Virus record (IMG/VR): IMGVR_UViG_3300050491_000011
Length of the DNA: 64,000 bases
Source of the DNA: a virus
Direction: 5' to 3' (one strand)
Part shown: positions 38,106-47,286 of the stretch, one piece after another
Numbering within the stretch: position 1 is the first letter of the stretch
How the letters are laid out: each line of letters starts with the position of its first letter
The notes under the pieces: generated by a model
The model's database searches: none
What the model saw: only the letters and a program-made list of their open reading frames with translations
What the model was told of the DNA's origin: nothing
Translations under genes and position numbers: made by a program

Positions 38106-39869
38106 ATGCCTAAAATCACAGTGGAGCTGGCTTCTAACTACGAGAACATCACACGCCCTGTTGCGATGTCGATCGCTCGTGACGTGATGAAGCTTTGCAA
38201 CATCGATCCTAATACTCCTCTGTACATGCCGGGTGAGTTCGACCAGATTAATCAGGCTGGTACTACTCTAGACGGTGAAGCCCCGATGTCTTTTGGTGGT
38301 AACCAGAAGATCAAGGTGGTCGTCGAAGAAACCCTTCGTAATGAATCGGTCATGCAGCAGGTCATTAAGCAAAATGAAATGCCTGCAATGTTTGAAGACA
38401 GGAGGTTGGGTATCAGTATCCGTCCTGTCTACATGCAGTCTGACCTGACTCTTACTTTCCAGTACACTTGCGCTAGCCGTCAGCAAGCCAAGAAGTGGCA
38501 GGATGGGTTTGCAGCTCGACGTGCAGAGAACCGTACTTCGACCTCTCATCAGATCGAATACGAGATCCCAATTCAAGAAGGTGTGTTAGCGTTGCTTGCG
38601 CACTTGCATTCGTTGAGGGAGAAGATTGCCGGATATGGCGAGACAGTAGCTGAGTGGTTCAAGTCGTGTCAAAGACGACCGTTCCAATTACTCGCTACTC
38701 AAGACAAGGACATGAAGAAGTCCATGGTGTCTGTTCCTGAGACTCAGGTTCAGATTACGGGGTGGTGGGATTTCACTGACATTCCGAAGGAGCAGAAGAA
38801 CGGTGACACCAGTACGTGGAACATTGAGTTCTCGTATCGCGTCATGTATCACCGCTGCACTCATCTGTACCTTGTCTATCCACTGGTAGTTCACCAGTCG
38901 CACATCTCTCGGAACTACTTCGATTCTAAGCCTCGGTTCAGTCTTGAAGATCTCCCCAAGGAAAGTGCTATCGGTATCCGTGCGCTGGACTACATGGATC
39001 ATTACGTCGATTCGTTCCCACAACCGGCGGATGGTCTGCGTTACCCGACGTACGATGAATGGATTCCGGGAAAGGCTCAGCAGCCTCCGAAGAGTATTCC
39101 CGCTGCAAGTTGGATGCTCTCGCTTGATCCGAAAGATCCTCAGAAGATCGGCAACCTTACTCAACTACCCGATATCCGTTTCACTAAAGAGATGGATACG
39201 TACATGCGTGCAAACTACGCAGGTCTGGGTAAGCGGGGACAGGCAACGGTTCTGTTCACGATCTATCAAGACGACACGCCAATGGGTGAGTCGTGGATCG
39301 AGATCGATAAGGATCTGAACATCAGAGCGACCGACGTTCTGGATCTGCGTAAGCAGTACCACTTGCGGATGTCTTTCCCGACGTACTATCCGAAGTTCAC
39401 CAAAGACGCTGTAAGGCAGATGCAGCTCAACAGCATGGCCACACTGCAAGTCTTCCAGTCAATCCTCCCACGATTGAACGTGGAGTACGCCAAGGCCATC
39501 TTCCTTGATGACCAGTATCTCCCGATCGATTACATCGTCTGGTTCTACAAGTACCTGCAAGATCACGGCCTCGGTTACAACAACGACGGTGGTGGCAATC
39601 AGGATAACGGTGGGGCTTCTGGTGGCGGACACGTCAATACCGGCACTGGTGTTCCGGGTTACGTGGGTGGTCCTGGTGGTAATCACAACGGTGATGGATC
39701 TAACGGTTCTGGCAGTAACGGTCACACCGGCGGTAACATCGGCAATGGTGGTGATCGTGATCCGGGGGTTCCTTATCCTGACGATTGGACCAACGGTGGC
39801 GTCTGGACTAAACGCAGCATGAGTGGTGCGCGTTACGTGCAGTTCCTGTACATCGTCCATAAGAAGTAA
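38106..39869 (+). CDS. Virion structural protein (phiKZ gp98-like) with a Gly/Asn-rich insertion
   Basis: 587 aa; AAGGTG RBS; first gene of a four-gene block. Confidence 0.6.
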   Translation: MPKITVELASNYENITRPVAMSIARDVMKLCNIDPNTPLYMPGEFDQINQAGTTLDGEAPMSFGGNQKIKVVVEETLRNESVMQQVIKQNEMPAMFEDRRLGISIRPVYMQSDLTLTFQYTCASRQQAKKWQDGFAARRAENRTSTSHQIEYEIPIQEGVLALLAHLHSLREKIAGYGETVAEWFKSCQRRPFQLLATQDKDMKKSMVSVPETQVQITGWWDFTDIPKEQKNGDTSTWNIEFSYRVMYHRCTHLYLVYPLVVHQSHISRNYFDSKPRFSLEDLPKESAIGIRALDYMDHYVDSFPQPADGLRYPTYDEWIPGKAQQPPKSIPAASWMLSLDPKDPQKIGNLTQLPDIRFTKEMDTYMRANYAGLGKRGQATVLFTIYQDDTPMGESWIEIDKDLNIRATDVLDLRKQYHLRMSFPTYYPKFTKDAVRQMQLNSMATLQVFQSILPRLNVEYAKAIFLDDQYLPIDYIVWFYKYLQDHGLGYNNDGGGNQDNGGASGGGHVNTGTGVPGYVGGPGGNHNGDGSNGSGSNGHTGGNIGNGGDRDPGVPYPDDWTNGGVWTKRSMSGARYVQFLYIVHKK

Positions 39870-39878
39870 TCGGTTATG

Positions 39879-39910
39879 GAGAGTGGGGTAATCCCACTCT
39901 CTTTTATTTT
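39879..39910 (+). terminator. Intrinsic terminator GAGAGTGGG-GTAAT-CCCACTCTC plus T-tract
   Basis: 9-bp stem followed by TTTTATTTT. Confidence 0.75.
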
Positions 39911-39924
39911 GTTGGAGGACCATC

Positions 39925-41283
39925 ATGTCGTTTATTGAAATCCCGGACGAAGTTCCGGTAGTGAAACCGAATCTTAAGATCGCTGATTCTACTTATCACG
40001 GTCAAGTCGTAGAAACCCGTAAACAGGACTTCTTCTCGCTGGCCACTTTTGGCTCTGGCATGAAGATGGCTTGCGACTATTACTCGCAGGTTGCAGGTAA
40101 GGATAACGCAGCGGCATCTTACCAAGATGACCTACCGCCAGTCTTTGGCCAATACCACCTCGTCCGCGGCTTTGAGCTGATCATCACCACGCCTCTGTCT
40201 CACCAACAGAACAACGATGGCGCAGGGGAATGGGTATCGACTGGCTCCGGTACTGTCTACAGCTGTATCACGCCACAGAACGGCGAGATGTTCATTGCCG
40301 ACATCGGTAACGGACAGGAAGCATTCTTCCAAGTCAACAACCCGCGTCGTCAGGGCATCTATCCTGAATCCCCAACCGAGATCGATTTCAAGATCACGTT
40401 CCCTGCAACCAAGGAGCTGATCGAGCGTCTCAATAAGTACCGCGTAGTTGAGACCTTCTACTTCCATCGTGAGAACTATCGCAATGGCGTGAAGTGTCTG
40501 CTGCGTCGTGAAGAGGTAGATATCAACCGCCGTCTGGTTGATGCGTTCCGTCGGATGGTTCCTCTGTACTTCCGTGACTTCTTCGCCGATCGCTTCAACA
40601 CCTTCTTGGTGCCGGGTCAGCTCACCAGCACTTACGATCCGAACGTCGTCAAGTTCCTGAAGTCGATCCTCGGGACTGAGCATCATCACCTGATGAACAC
40701 GCTCACAGAACTCGGCGTAGCACATGACGTATATTCTAACCAGATTACGTTATTTGATGTAATTGCTAAGCGTGACTACAACCTCCTGTACAGCGCCTCA
40801 CGCCATCTTCAGGTCGCACACGTTGAACGCATGCGCCAACACGCTCTCATGCGCTCTATCGTCTTCAGCGGCGTTAAACAGATGCTTATCGCGGTTGATG
40901 TCGCTAATAGCAACAACAATCCGATCTGCCCACCGGGCGCGTGGGGTCAATTGCAGGACGGTGGTGTACGTCAGCCAAACATGCGCTCGATTCTTCCTAA
41001 CTTGGATCTGACTGATCCTGCCCCAGCTGGTCCGCCAGTAACTGAATTGGTCAAGCCTATCTTGGTTGACGACTTCTACGTTCTGAGCCAGCAGTTCTAC
41101 GACGATGTTCCTGGGCAGAGCAAGTTGGAAGTTCTGGTTGGACAGACCCTGCGTGGTCAGGCAATCGATCTGGAAGTGTTGGCCGACGTGGCTGATGCAT
41201 CCATCAAGTTCGATAACCTCGAGCGGTTCTATTACACGCCGATCATTCTGGCTCTCATCAAGATGGCCTCAGGTGTACTCTAA
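39925..41283 (+). CDS. Virion structural protein (phiKZ gp99-like)
   Basis: 452 aa; GGAGG RBS; C-terminal LERFYYTP; gene order. Confidence 0.6.
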   Translation: MSFIEIPDEVPVVKPNLKIADSTYHGQVVETRKQDFFSLATFGSGMKMACDYYSQVAGKDNAAASYQDDLPPVFGQYHLVRGFELIITTPLSHQQNNDGAGEWVSTGSGTVYSCITPQNGEMFIADIGNGQEAFFQVNNPRRQGIYPESPTEIDFKITFPATKELIERLNKYRVVETFYFHRENYRNGVKCLLRREEVDINRRLVDAFRRMVPLYFRDFFADRFNTFLVPGQLTSTYDPNVVKFLKSILGTEHHHLMNTLTELGVAHDVYSNQITLFDVIAKRDYNLLYSASRHLQVAHVERMRQHALMRSIVFSGVKQMLIAVDVANSNNNPICPPGAWGQLQDGGVRQPNMRSILPNLDLTDPAPAGPPVTELVKPILVDDFYVLSQQFYDDVPGQSKLEVLVGQTLRGQAIDLEVLADVADASIKFDNLERFYYTPIILALIKMASGVL

Positions 41284-41906
41284 TGAGATCACAACCGATT
41301 TCCAAGTCTGCGAACTTCAGGTTCTCAGCGGATACCGTGCATGATACCGACGATACGTCGTTCCTGATCTTCAACAAGCAGGCGCTTCATCTGTACGAGA
41401 TCGACTACAGTCACTTCAAGGCCATGAACGGAATCCTGAACCAACCTATCGTTGGCCGGTATACCGAACGTGAGATGGATAACCTGACGAAGGAGATGGT
41501 TCCTACGGCGAGTTGTATCTGGGATATGGTTAAGCAGTTTCTGGACGGAGCCCACATTCGGATTCCCTGCCCAAAGACAGCTGCGCTTATCTACAAGACG
41601 ATTGCTCGTCACGTTGAGGCTCACCTACTGGCTATGCGAACTATCAAGATGTACGAGGCTCCAGATCCTGAGGACTTCCGTGCATTGACAGAGTTCGCTG
41701 TCGGCATTCGCACCAACGCCATGCGTAGCGATCTTGACATCGACGGCAAGCAGGCTCAAGGCATCAACCGTACTCAGCTCCCAGTCCGTGCGTCGTTCAG
41801 TCGTCAAACGGTTACTGAGGACCTTGAGAAGAAGCCTGACATTCCAAGAGTGATGCAGAAGATGGACTGCATCGATCGGTATCTGGAGTCGATAGGTGGC
41901 CGTTGA
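41283..41906 (+). CDS. Core hypothetical protein (phiKZ gp100-like position)
   Basis: 207 aa; TAATG coupling to the previous gene. Confidence 0.6.
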   Translation: MRSQPISKSANFRFSADTVHDTDDTSFLIFNKQALHLYEIDYSHFKAMNGILNQPIVGRYTEREMDNLTKEMVPTASCIWDMVKQFLDGAHIRIPCPKTAALIYKTIARHVEAHLLAMRTIKMYEAPDPEDFRALTEFAVGIRTNAMRSDLDIDGKQAQGINRTQLPVRASFSRQTVTEDLEKKPDIPRVMQKMDCIDRYLESIGGR

Positions 41907-43311
41907 ATTAGATTCCTCGCCGATTGCCCAAGAGCTCGCCCTCATCGTTAAGGAAGGTGGTAGTCCTTACTTCTTGTTCGCAGTGACCATCCACTGTGGC
42001 GGTAAAGACATTGCCCCTCACCAAGTGTTGAGGTTCGACGTTGGGCGCAACTACCGTGGCGCTTACACGGATGACCTATCTATCGTGCTGGCGCTTGGCG
42101 CCGGTACATTGATGAACGACATTGGTCCGTATCAAGACGACATCAAGATCACCATCAACATCTCCAATGCTGATACAACCGGTACGCAGAAGACCGATCA
42201 AGCGGTGATGTCCAGAACGTACGTCGCGTATCTGGGTGATGAGATCCCACGTCCATCCGATACAGCGTATAACCCATCGTTGCAGGATACCGAGACAGCT
42301 AACCGCAGCTCTATCAAGAACACGACGTTTGTGTTGGAGATGGCAGCCGTTAGTCAGTTGAGGAAGCAAAGCCTCGGAACGATCGGTAAAGCATGCCCTC
42401 CTTACGAGCTCATGCGTACGCTGATGACGAAAGCGTGTCAAGCGTTGAAGTTGGGTAAGGATGAAGTCATCGACAAGTTCGATATGACCGAGGCCAACAA
42501 CCAGACTCCTCGTGACCACGTCATCGTTCCGGATAACACGCCTGTCTTGGAGATCCCTGATTACATCCAGAACAAGTCTGGTGGGATTTACTCGACAGGT
42601 CTTGGGTTCTATATCCAAGGACAATGTCTGTTCACTTGGCCGATGTACGATACCACCCGTCAAGACTCCGCTAAGCGAGTGTTGCAGGTTGTGATGGCTC
42701 CTAGTCGTCACTCTGCTGTTCTCGATAAAACGTGGCGTGACGGTGGGCGGATGATCAGCATTTACTCGGCTGGTGTTTCTAAGATCCTCGACGATTCATT
42801 GGGTCAGCTGAACATCGGGGGTAACGCCGTTCGTTACACCAACGCTAACCAGTTGGTAGACGGTGGTCCTGTAGTTGCCGGTAACAAGATGACAGCCAGT
42901 CGTACAACCAACAACCAAGAGTTCTCGACAACGGTTGTGGGTAACGGTCAGAACCTCGCTAAAGCCGCTGGATCGAAAGTAACCGATAACGTGTACTTGG
43001 AGGCCAGCAAGCTGGCGAAACGTTCAGGTGCGATGATGGTGATCCCTTGGAAGCGAAGTAATCCAGAGCTCATCACTCCGGGTATGGCTACCGAGATCAA
43101 TTACGATCATGATGGCATTATCCGGACGATCGAAGGTACTGTGGTTTCATGCTACAGCTCTTACGAGTTGGAAGGTCAAGGCATGAACGCTGGTCGGTGG
43201 TACGCTGCATCTGTAGTAACGGTCTTCATCGATCGGAATGATCCTGACTATATCGCTTACCTACAAGGTGGCGGTACGATCAGTGCTGTTCCAGAGATGG
43301 GTGAGATCTAA
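41896..43311 (+). CDS. Virion structural protein (phiKZ gp101-like; baseplate hub-like inferred)
   Basis: 471 aa, beta-rich; GGAG RBS before the GTG start; gene order. Confidence 0.6.
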   Translation: MAVELDSSPIAQELALIVKEGGSPYFLFAVTIHCGGKDIAPHQVLRFDVGRNYRGAYTDDLSIVLALGAGTLMNDIGPYQDDIKITINISNADTTGTQKTDQAVMSRTYVAYLGDEIPRPSDTAYNPSLQDTETANRSSIKNTTFVLEMAAVSQLRKQSLGTIGKACPPYELMRTLMTKACQALKLGKDEVIDKFDMTEANNQTPRDHVIVPDNTPVLEIPDYIQNKSGGIYSTGLGFYIQGQCLFTWPMYDTTRQDSAKRVLQVVMAPSRHSAVLDKTWRDGGRMISIYSAGVSKILDDSLGQLNIGGNAVRYTNANQLVDGGPVVAGNKMTASRTTNNQEFSTTVVGNGQNLAKAAGSKVTDNVYLEASKLAKRSGAMMVIPWKRSNPELITPGMATEINYDHDGIIRTIEGTVVSCYSSYELEGQGMNAGRWYAASVVTVFIDRNDPDYIAYLQGGGTISAVPEMGEI

Positions 43312-43323
43312 CAATCGCTGAGT

Positions 43324-43333
43324 CACACATTAC
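43324..43333 (+). promoter_or_regulatory. Promoter-like motif CACACATTAC
   Basis: Variant of the recurrent motif, upstream of accessory genes. Confidence 0.5.
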
Positions 43334-43351
43334 CGACGTAGAATCTAATCA

Positions 43352-43379
43352 CCGGGGGAGTAATTCCCCGGCCTTTTTC
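43352..43379 (+). terminator. Stem-loop CCGGGGGA-GTAA-TTCCCCGG plus T-tract
   Basis: GNRA hairpin followed by CCTTTTT. Confidence 0.65.
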
Positions 43380-43434
43380 TGCATCGGTAAGAAGGAACCA
43401 TTTTGAATGCATTCTAATTTCAAGGAACTTAACC

Positions 43435-44190
43435 ATGAACACTACTCTGTCCCCAGACAGACCTGTAGTTGAGAGGAATACAATACTCAACTTAATTGTC
43501 AGAACCGACAACGGCAAACAAGAGTACGGACTCTTCCTCGTCCTCGAAAGCTTTGATTATAACGACGCAATGGCAGAAGTTCGTATCGACGGCGCTGTGA
43601 AGTCCGAAGATGTATTCTCCAAGCTCACACGGCAGCTTGTGGAACGCAAAACGATCATGCCTGTTGAATCGTACACTTTGGATTTAGGAGAGCGTGGGCG
43701 AGCTTGTGGAGCCTTGAAGGATAGCTACCATCATCAGCTCAACGACTGGTCTAGCATGGCCAAGGTGTTGATGACTGAAGTTGAGAAACATCACTTCGAC
43801 TTCATGGGTCCTGAAGGACTCCTCCATCTACTCAAGGTCAATAACGGCCCGACGCTTGGACAGGTCTTCATCGAAATCAAAACGGGGAACTACGAATACA
43901 CAACGCTGGACATCATCGGACCTGAAGGGGCTGACTACCCTGAAGACTTCAAAGGCATGATTCAGCGGGAGATCACACGTTTCCTCAGAGACAAGTACAG
44001 CGACGTTCCATTCGAGCTCATGGTTAGTATCCGCCAGTCGGATCTGTCCAAAGCTATCGAGGTGTTACATGTCGTCAAGTCAAGCTCTAATCACAGACAT
44101 TTTCAAATCGGAGTTACTAAACGATTTAGACGGCCCGATGCTGGTGTCGTTGGCAATACAAGCGTGGCTCACCAATCACTTACTGGATGA
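43435..44190 (+). CDS. Hypothetical protein
   Basis: 251-aa ORF; AAGGA RBS. Confidence 0.65.
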   Translation: MNTTLSPDRPVVERNTILNLIVRTDNGKQEYGLFLVLESFDYNDAMAEVRIDGAVKSEDVFSKLTRQLVERKTIMPVESYTLDLGERGRACGALKDSYHHQLNDWSSMAKVLMTEVEKHHFDFMGPEGLLHLLKVNNGPTLGQVFIEIKTGNYEYTTLDIIGPEGADYPEDFKGMIQREITRFLRDKYSDVPFELMVSIRQSDLSKAIEVLHVVKSSSNHRHFQIGVTKRFRRPDAGVVGNTSVAHQSLTG

Positions 44191-44347
44191 CTTGCTTTAC
44201 TCGTTTCAACTGAACAACATCACCTTCATTCAAACAGACCAATTCCTTCACTTATACGTTCGAGGACAAAGATTGAAAGTCCCACTCATCAACTTCATTA
44301 CAGGAGAACGCTATGGCCAAGCGGAGAACACCGGACGAGATCAGTAA
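44069..44347 (+). CDS. Hypothetical protein overlapping both neighbours
   Basis: GAGGTG RBS just before ATG 44069; globular-looking sequence; fills the gap 44190-44313. Confidence 0.5.
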   Translation: MSSSQALITDIFKSELLNDLDGPMLVSLAIQAWLTNHLLDDLLYSFQLNNITFIQTDQFLHLYVRGQRLKVPLINFITGERYGQAENTGRDQ

Positions 44348-44789
44348 AGCCAAGGATGACATCATCACTACGCTTTCCATCGCGGCTCTCTCAGGGGCTG
44401 ATAACGCCAAGATCCAACAGATCGCTTACTCGCTAATCGACAGAGCGCCAGGCGCTATGAAGAAAAGCTTCCTCCTTCCGTTGGCTCAGAGTGAAGAAGC
44501 TCTGGACATCGTGTTGGAAGAGATGTGCTTCCCTCAGACAGAGAAGTGGATCGGCACTGCCCGCATTAACGATTACGAATATGACATCACCTTGAAGTGG
44601 ACTGACACTTTGACGTATGTCCAATCCGAAGTCGTCGAACTCATCGCATCACAATTCCTTCAACGTGGTTTCACATCGGGTCGCCTTTACCTTCGCTTCA
44701 CCCATCCTCAATACCGCTTCGAAGATAGCACCAGCGTCGACATGCAAACCTTCTGTGACCAAACACAGATGGGCTTGAAAGTTGCCTGA
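44313..44789 (+). CDS. Hypothetical protein
   Basis: 158 aa; AGGAG RBS. Confidence 0.7.
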   Translation: MAKRRTPDEISKAKDDIITTLSIAALSGADNAKIQQIAYSLIDRAPGAMKKSFLLPLAQSEEALDIVLEEMCFPQTEKWIGTARINDYEYDITLKWTDTLTYVQSEVVELIASQFLQRGFTSGRLYLRFTHPQYRFEDSTSVDMQTFCDQTQMGLKVA

Positions 44790-44794
44790 CACGA

Positions 44795-44840
44795 CATAAA
44801 GCCCGGCATTGCGCCGGGCTTTATGCTCACTCTTTTTTTT
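44795..44840. terminator. Terminator CATAAAGCCCGGC-ATTGC-GCCGGGCTTTATG plus T-tract
   Basis: 13-bp perfect stem between convergent genes; near-identical to 16134. Confidence 0.85.
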
Positions 44841-44842
44841 GC

Positions 44843-46033
44843 TTACTCTGGGTCTTTGTCGCTGTACTGACGAAGACTTGCGTTGGCGTGCAGATACGCC
44901 GACTGAGCAATGCCACCCAGAACCGGGAGGATGGTGCGAGGACCAGTACCGATACGCCCCATGATCTTCGATACGATTGCCGGACCTTGCTTAACCCGGT
45001 TCTTGTCGATGCCGCCGCTCATGGACTTCAGGTCGCTGATAGCGATACGCAGATCACGCTTGATGTCGCCCATCAGCTTACCAACGTTACCGAGACCACG
45101 GCAGATGTCACGGATCTCGCCGAAACCGCAGACGAAGGTGCCTTCATTGATCTTGGTGGACGAGCGGGTAACTTTGATAGCGGCGTTCAGCACGTTGATA
45201 TCGTTGTCACCAGCGGATACGGCCACGTCATTCAGACCTGGGTACTCGTAGAACTCGTTGGTGCCGTTCGGAGTGCCTTGCGGCAGATCGGCTTCAGCGA
45301 CTTCCTGACCACCCTTCAACTTGTCAGTGACAGTCTTGGAGAGCTTGGAGTACATCTTGATCCAGTCTTCAGTCAGGGTCTTACTGAAGTTGCAGGCGGT
45401 GTCCAAAGACTGAGCTGGTGTCAGGGTCTTCGAACTGGTCTGCAAGTAAGCAGCCCACTTAGGCGCGCCGTCGAACTTGTCTTTCTTCAGAGTGCCAGCG
45501 GCCTGGTTCTGACGAGAGATCAAGTTGTCGCGCATCTTGTAGACAGCGCTTTCGGTCTTGCCGTAGTTGTTCATCAGACCGGTCAGCATCTCGGCCAGCT
45601 TAGCGCAAGCGGCTTTGAAAGCTTCCCACATGCGAGCGATCAGGCCTTTCGATTTGCCTTCAGTTTCCTGACGGTTCTCGAAGCTGGTCTGATGTACGCC
45701 GATGGATTCGAACGACGCAGAGAACACCGCATCAGGAACTGGCAGGTCAGCGGCACGCAGGATGTTACCCACACCCAGTTGGTATTGACGTGCAGTCTTC
45801 GAGTTCCAGTTATCAGCCGGTACGCGTTCCATGAAGCTCGAAACGAACGACTCCAGGGATACGGTTACTTCAGCGATGCTTTCAACGTTGCGGCTACCTT
45901 CAGCGATTTCAACGTCGCTAGCAACAGCGTCGGATACGCAATCAGCCATCTCGTTGATGACCACGTCAGTTGGGTTCTCTTCCAACATCATGGCGTCAGC
46001 GGCTTGCTGTAGTGGATCATCGTGTACAATCAT
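44843..46033 (-). CDS. Inner-head protein paralogue
   Basis: SLE and ASFES motifs, GLIARMWEAF segment; GAGGT RBS before ATG 46033. Confidence 0.75.
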   Translation of the reverse strand: MIVHDDPLQQAADAMMLEENPTDVVINEMADCVSDAVASDVEIAEGSRNVESIAEVTVSLESFVSSFMERVPADNWNSKTARQYQLGVGNILRAADLPVPDAVFSASFESIGVHQTSFENRQETEGKSKGLIARMWEAFKAACAKLAEMLTGLMNNYGKTESAVYKMRDNLISRQNQAAGTLKKDKFDGAPKWAAYLQTSSKTLTPAQSLDTACNFSKTLTEDWIKMYSKLSKTVTDKLKGGQEVAEADLPQGTPNGTNEFYEYPGLNDVAVSAGDNDINVLNAAIKVTRSSTKINEGTFVCGFGEIRDICRGLGNVGKLMGDIKRDLRIAISDLKSMSGGIDKNRVKQGPAIVSKIMGRIGTGPRTILPVLGGIAQSAYLHANASLRQYSDKDPE

Positions 46034-46043
46034 GGAAAAGACC

Positions 46044-47273
46044 TCAGTTGTAAGCGTTGGCACATTCGTCAATGTAACGAATGCTTGCCTTGATGGTTTT
46101 GAGGAAGTACGGGGTGGAGTTAATCCAGCCCTGTGCTGCCAAGCTACATGCTTTGTTCAGGGTGCCGAGTGCAGTCCGGAGTACTGCCACATCAGTCTTC
46201 TCGTTGTGCTCTGTAACGCTCTTCGAGAGTTTGCCGACCTTATCGGTAATGGCTGTGAAAGCACTCATCTCACGCTTGAGCTGATGGAGGACATTGAGCC
46301 CATCATTGCAAACGGAGACACCTGTCTTCAGTTCAGCTACAGAAAGCAGATCAGCTTTCGTGTTGTTGACCATGGCAGCTTGATGGATCTTGATCTTAGT
46401 CCCCATGATCGGGTTATCGCCAGCACCCGGAGTAAGCTCCAGATAGTGGTTCGGCGTAACGTCGAGCTTGATCGCCTTAACGGAGACAGACTTCTTCGCA
46501 AACTCGGTAATACTCTTACCGATCTGATCAGCCTTTACTCCAGCGATATTGGTTGGCAGCGGGAACTCAACCAAACTCTTCCAGCCATTACGCCATTCAA
46601 CCGCGAAGTCTTCGAAGACAGCAACCGTCTGAACAACGTGACGGCTAGGCGGTTCGATACGAGAGTGTTTGTCCGTAAGATAGGCAGCAGCCTTACCCAC
46701 GTTAACATCCTCGACCGTAGCCTTAGCGTCAGCCTTGATTGAGGAGACCTTCTCCTTAACCTTCTCGAGATAGTTCTCGACAGACTTGCCGCTGTCAGTC
46801 AGGTTCTCCCAGAAGGACACAAACGCATCAGCCACAGCTTTCATCGCCGTGTGCAGCCACGTCAGAATACGACGGAGGATACCTTCCTTCTTCTCAGCCA
46901 CTTCAGTGCTGTAGTTGCGGTTACCTGCTTCGAACGAAGGTACGATCATTGTCACGGGGATGTAGATATCTGCGTTAACGAGAATGGCTTCAACCGACAG
47001 ACGTAGAAGATCTGCGTCGCCTTCATCGAGTCCATCCGCGCCGCATGCAGCGATACTCTTGTCCACCAATTCAGTCAGGTTATCAGCCACACCAGCAGCA
47101 GTGGAGATCTCATCGGAATGACCCTCCACTACAGCCGCAATATGAGACAGCTTCTCGATATTGCCGTCCGCATCACCCGAAGCCGCGATAATGGAATCCT
47201 CGAGGCTCAGGTGAATGATCGGACGTGGGGTCGACGCCGACTGTGCGAGTCTTTGAAGAATGCTAGCAGTCAT
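46044..47273 (-). CDS. Inner-head protein paralogue
   Basis: VPSFE...YSTE...GILRRILTW signature. Confidence 0.8.
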   Translation of the reverse strand: MTASILQRLAQSASTPRPIIHLSLEDSIIAASGDADGNIEKLSHIAAVVEGHSDEISTAAGVADNLTELVDKSIAACGADGLDEGDADLLRLSVEAILVNADIYIPVTMIVPSFEAGNRNYSTEVAEKKEGILRRILTWLHTAMKAVADAFVSFWENLTDSGKSVENYLEKVKEKVSSIKADAKATVEDVNVGKAAAYLTDKHSRIEPPSRHVVQTVAVFEDFAVEWRNGWKSLVEFPLPTNIAGVKADQIGKSITEFAKKSVSVKAIKLDVTPNHYLELTPGAGDNPIMGTKIKIHQAAMVNNTKADLLSVAELKTGVSVCNDGLNVLHQLKREMSAFTAITDKVGKLSKSVTEHNEKTDVAVLRTALGTLNKACSLAAQGWINSTPYFLKTIKASIRYIDECANAYN

Positions 47274-47286
47274 TGTCGGTCACCGG

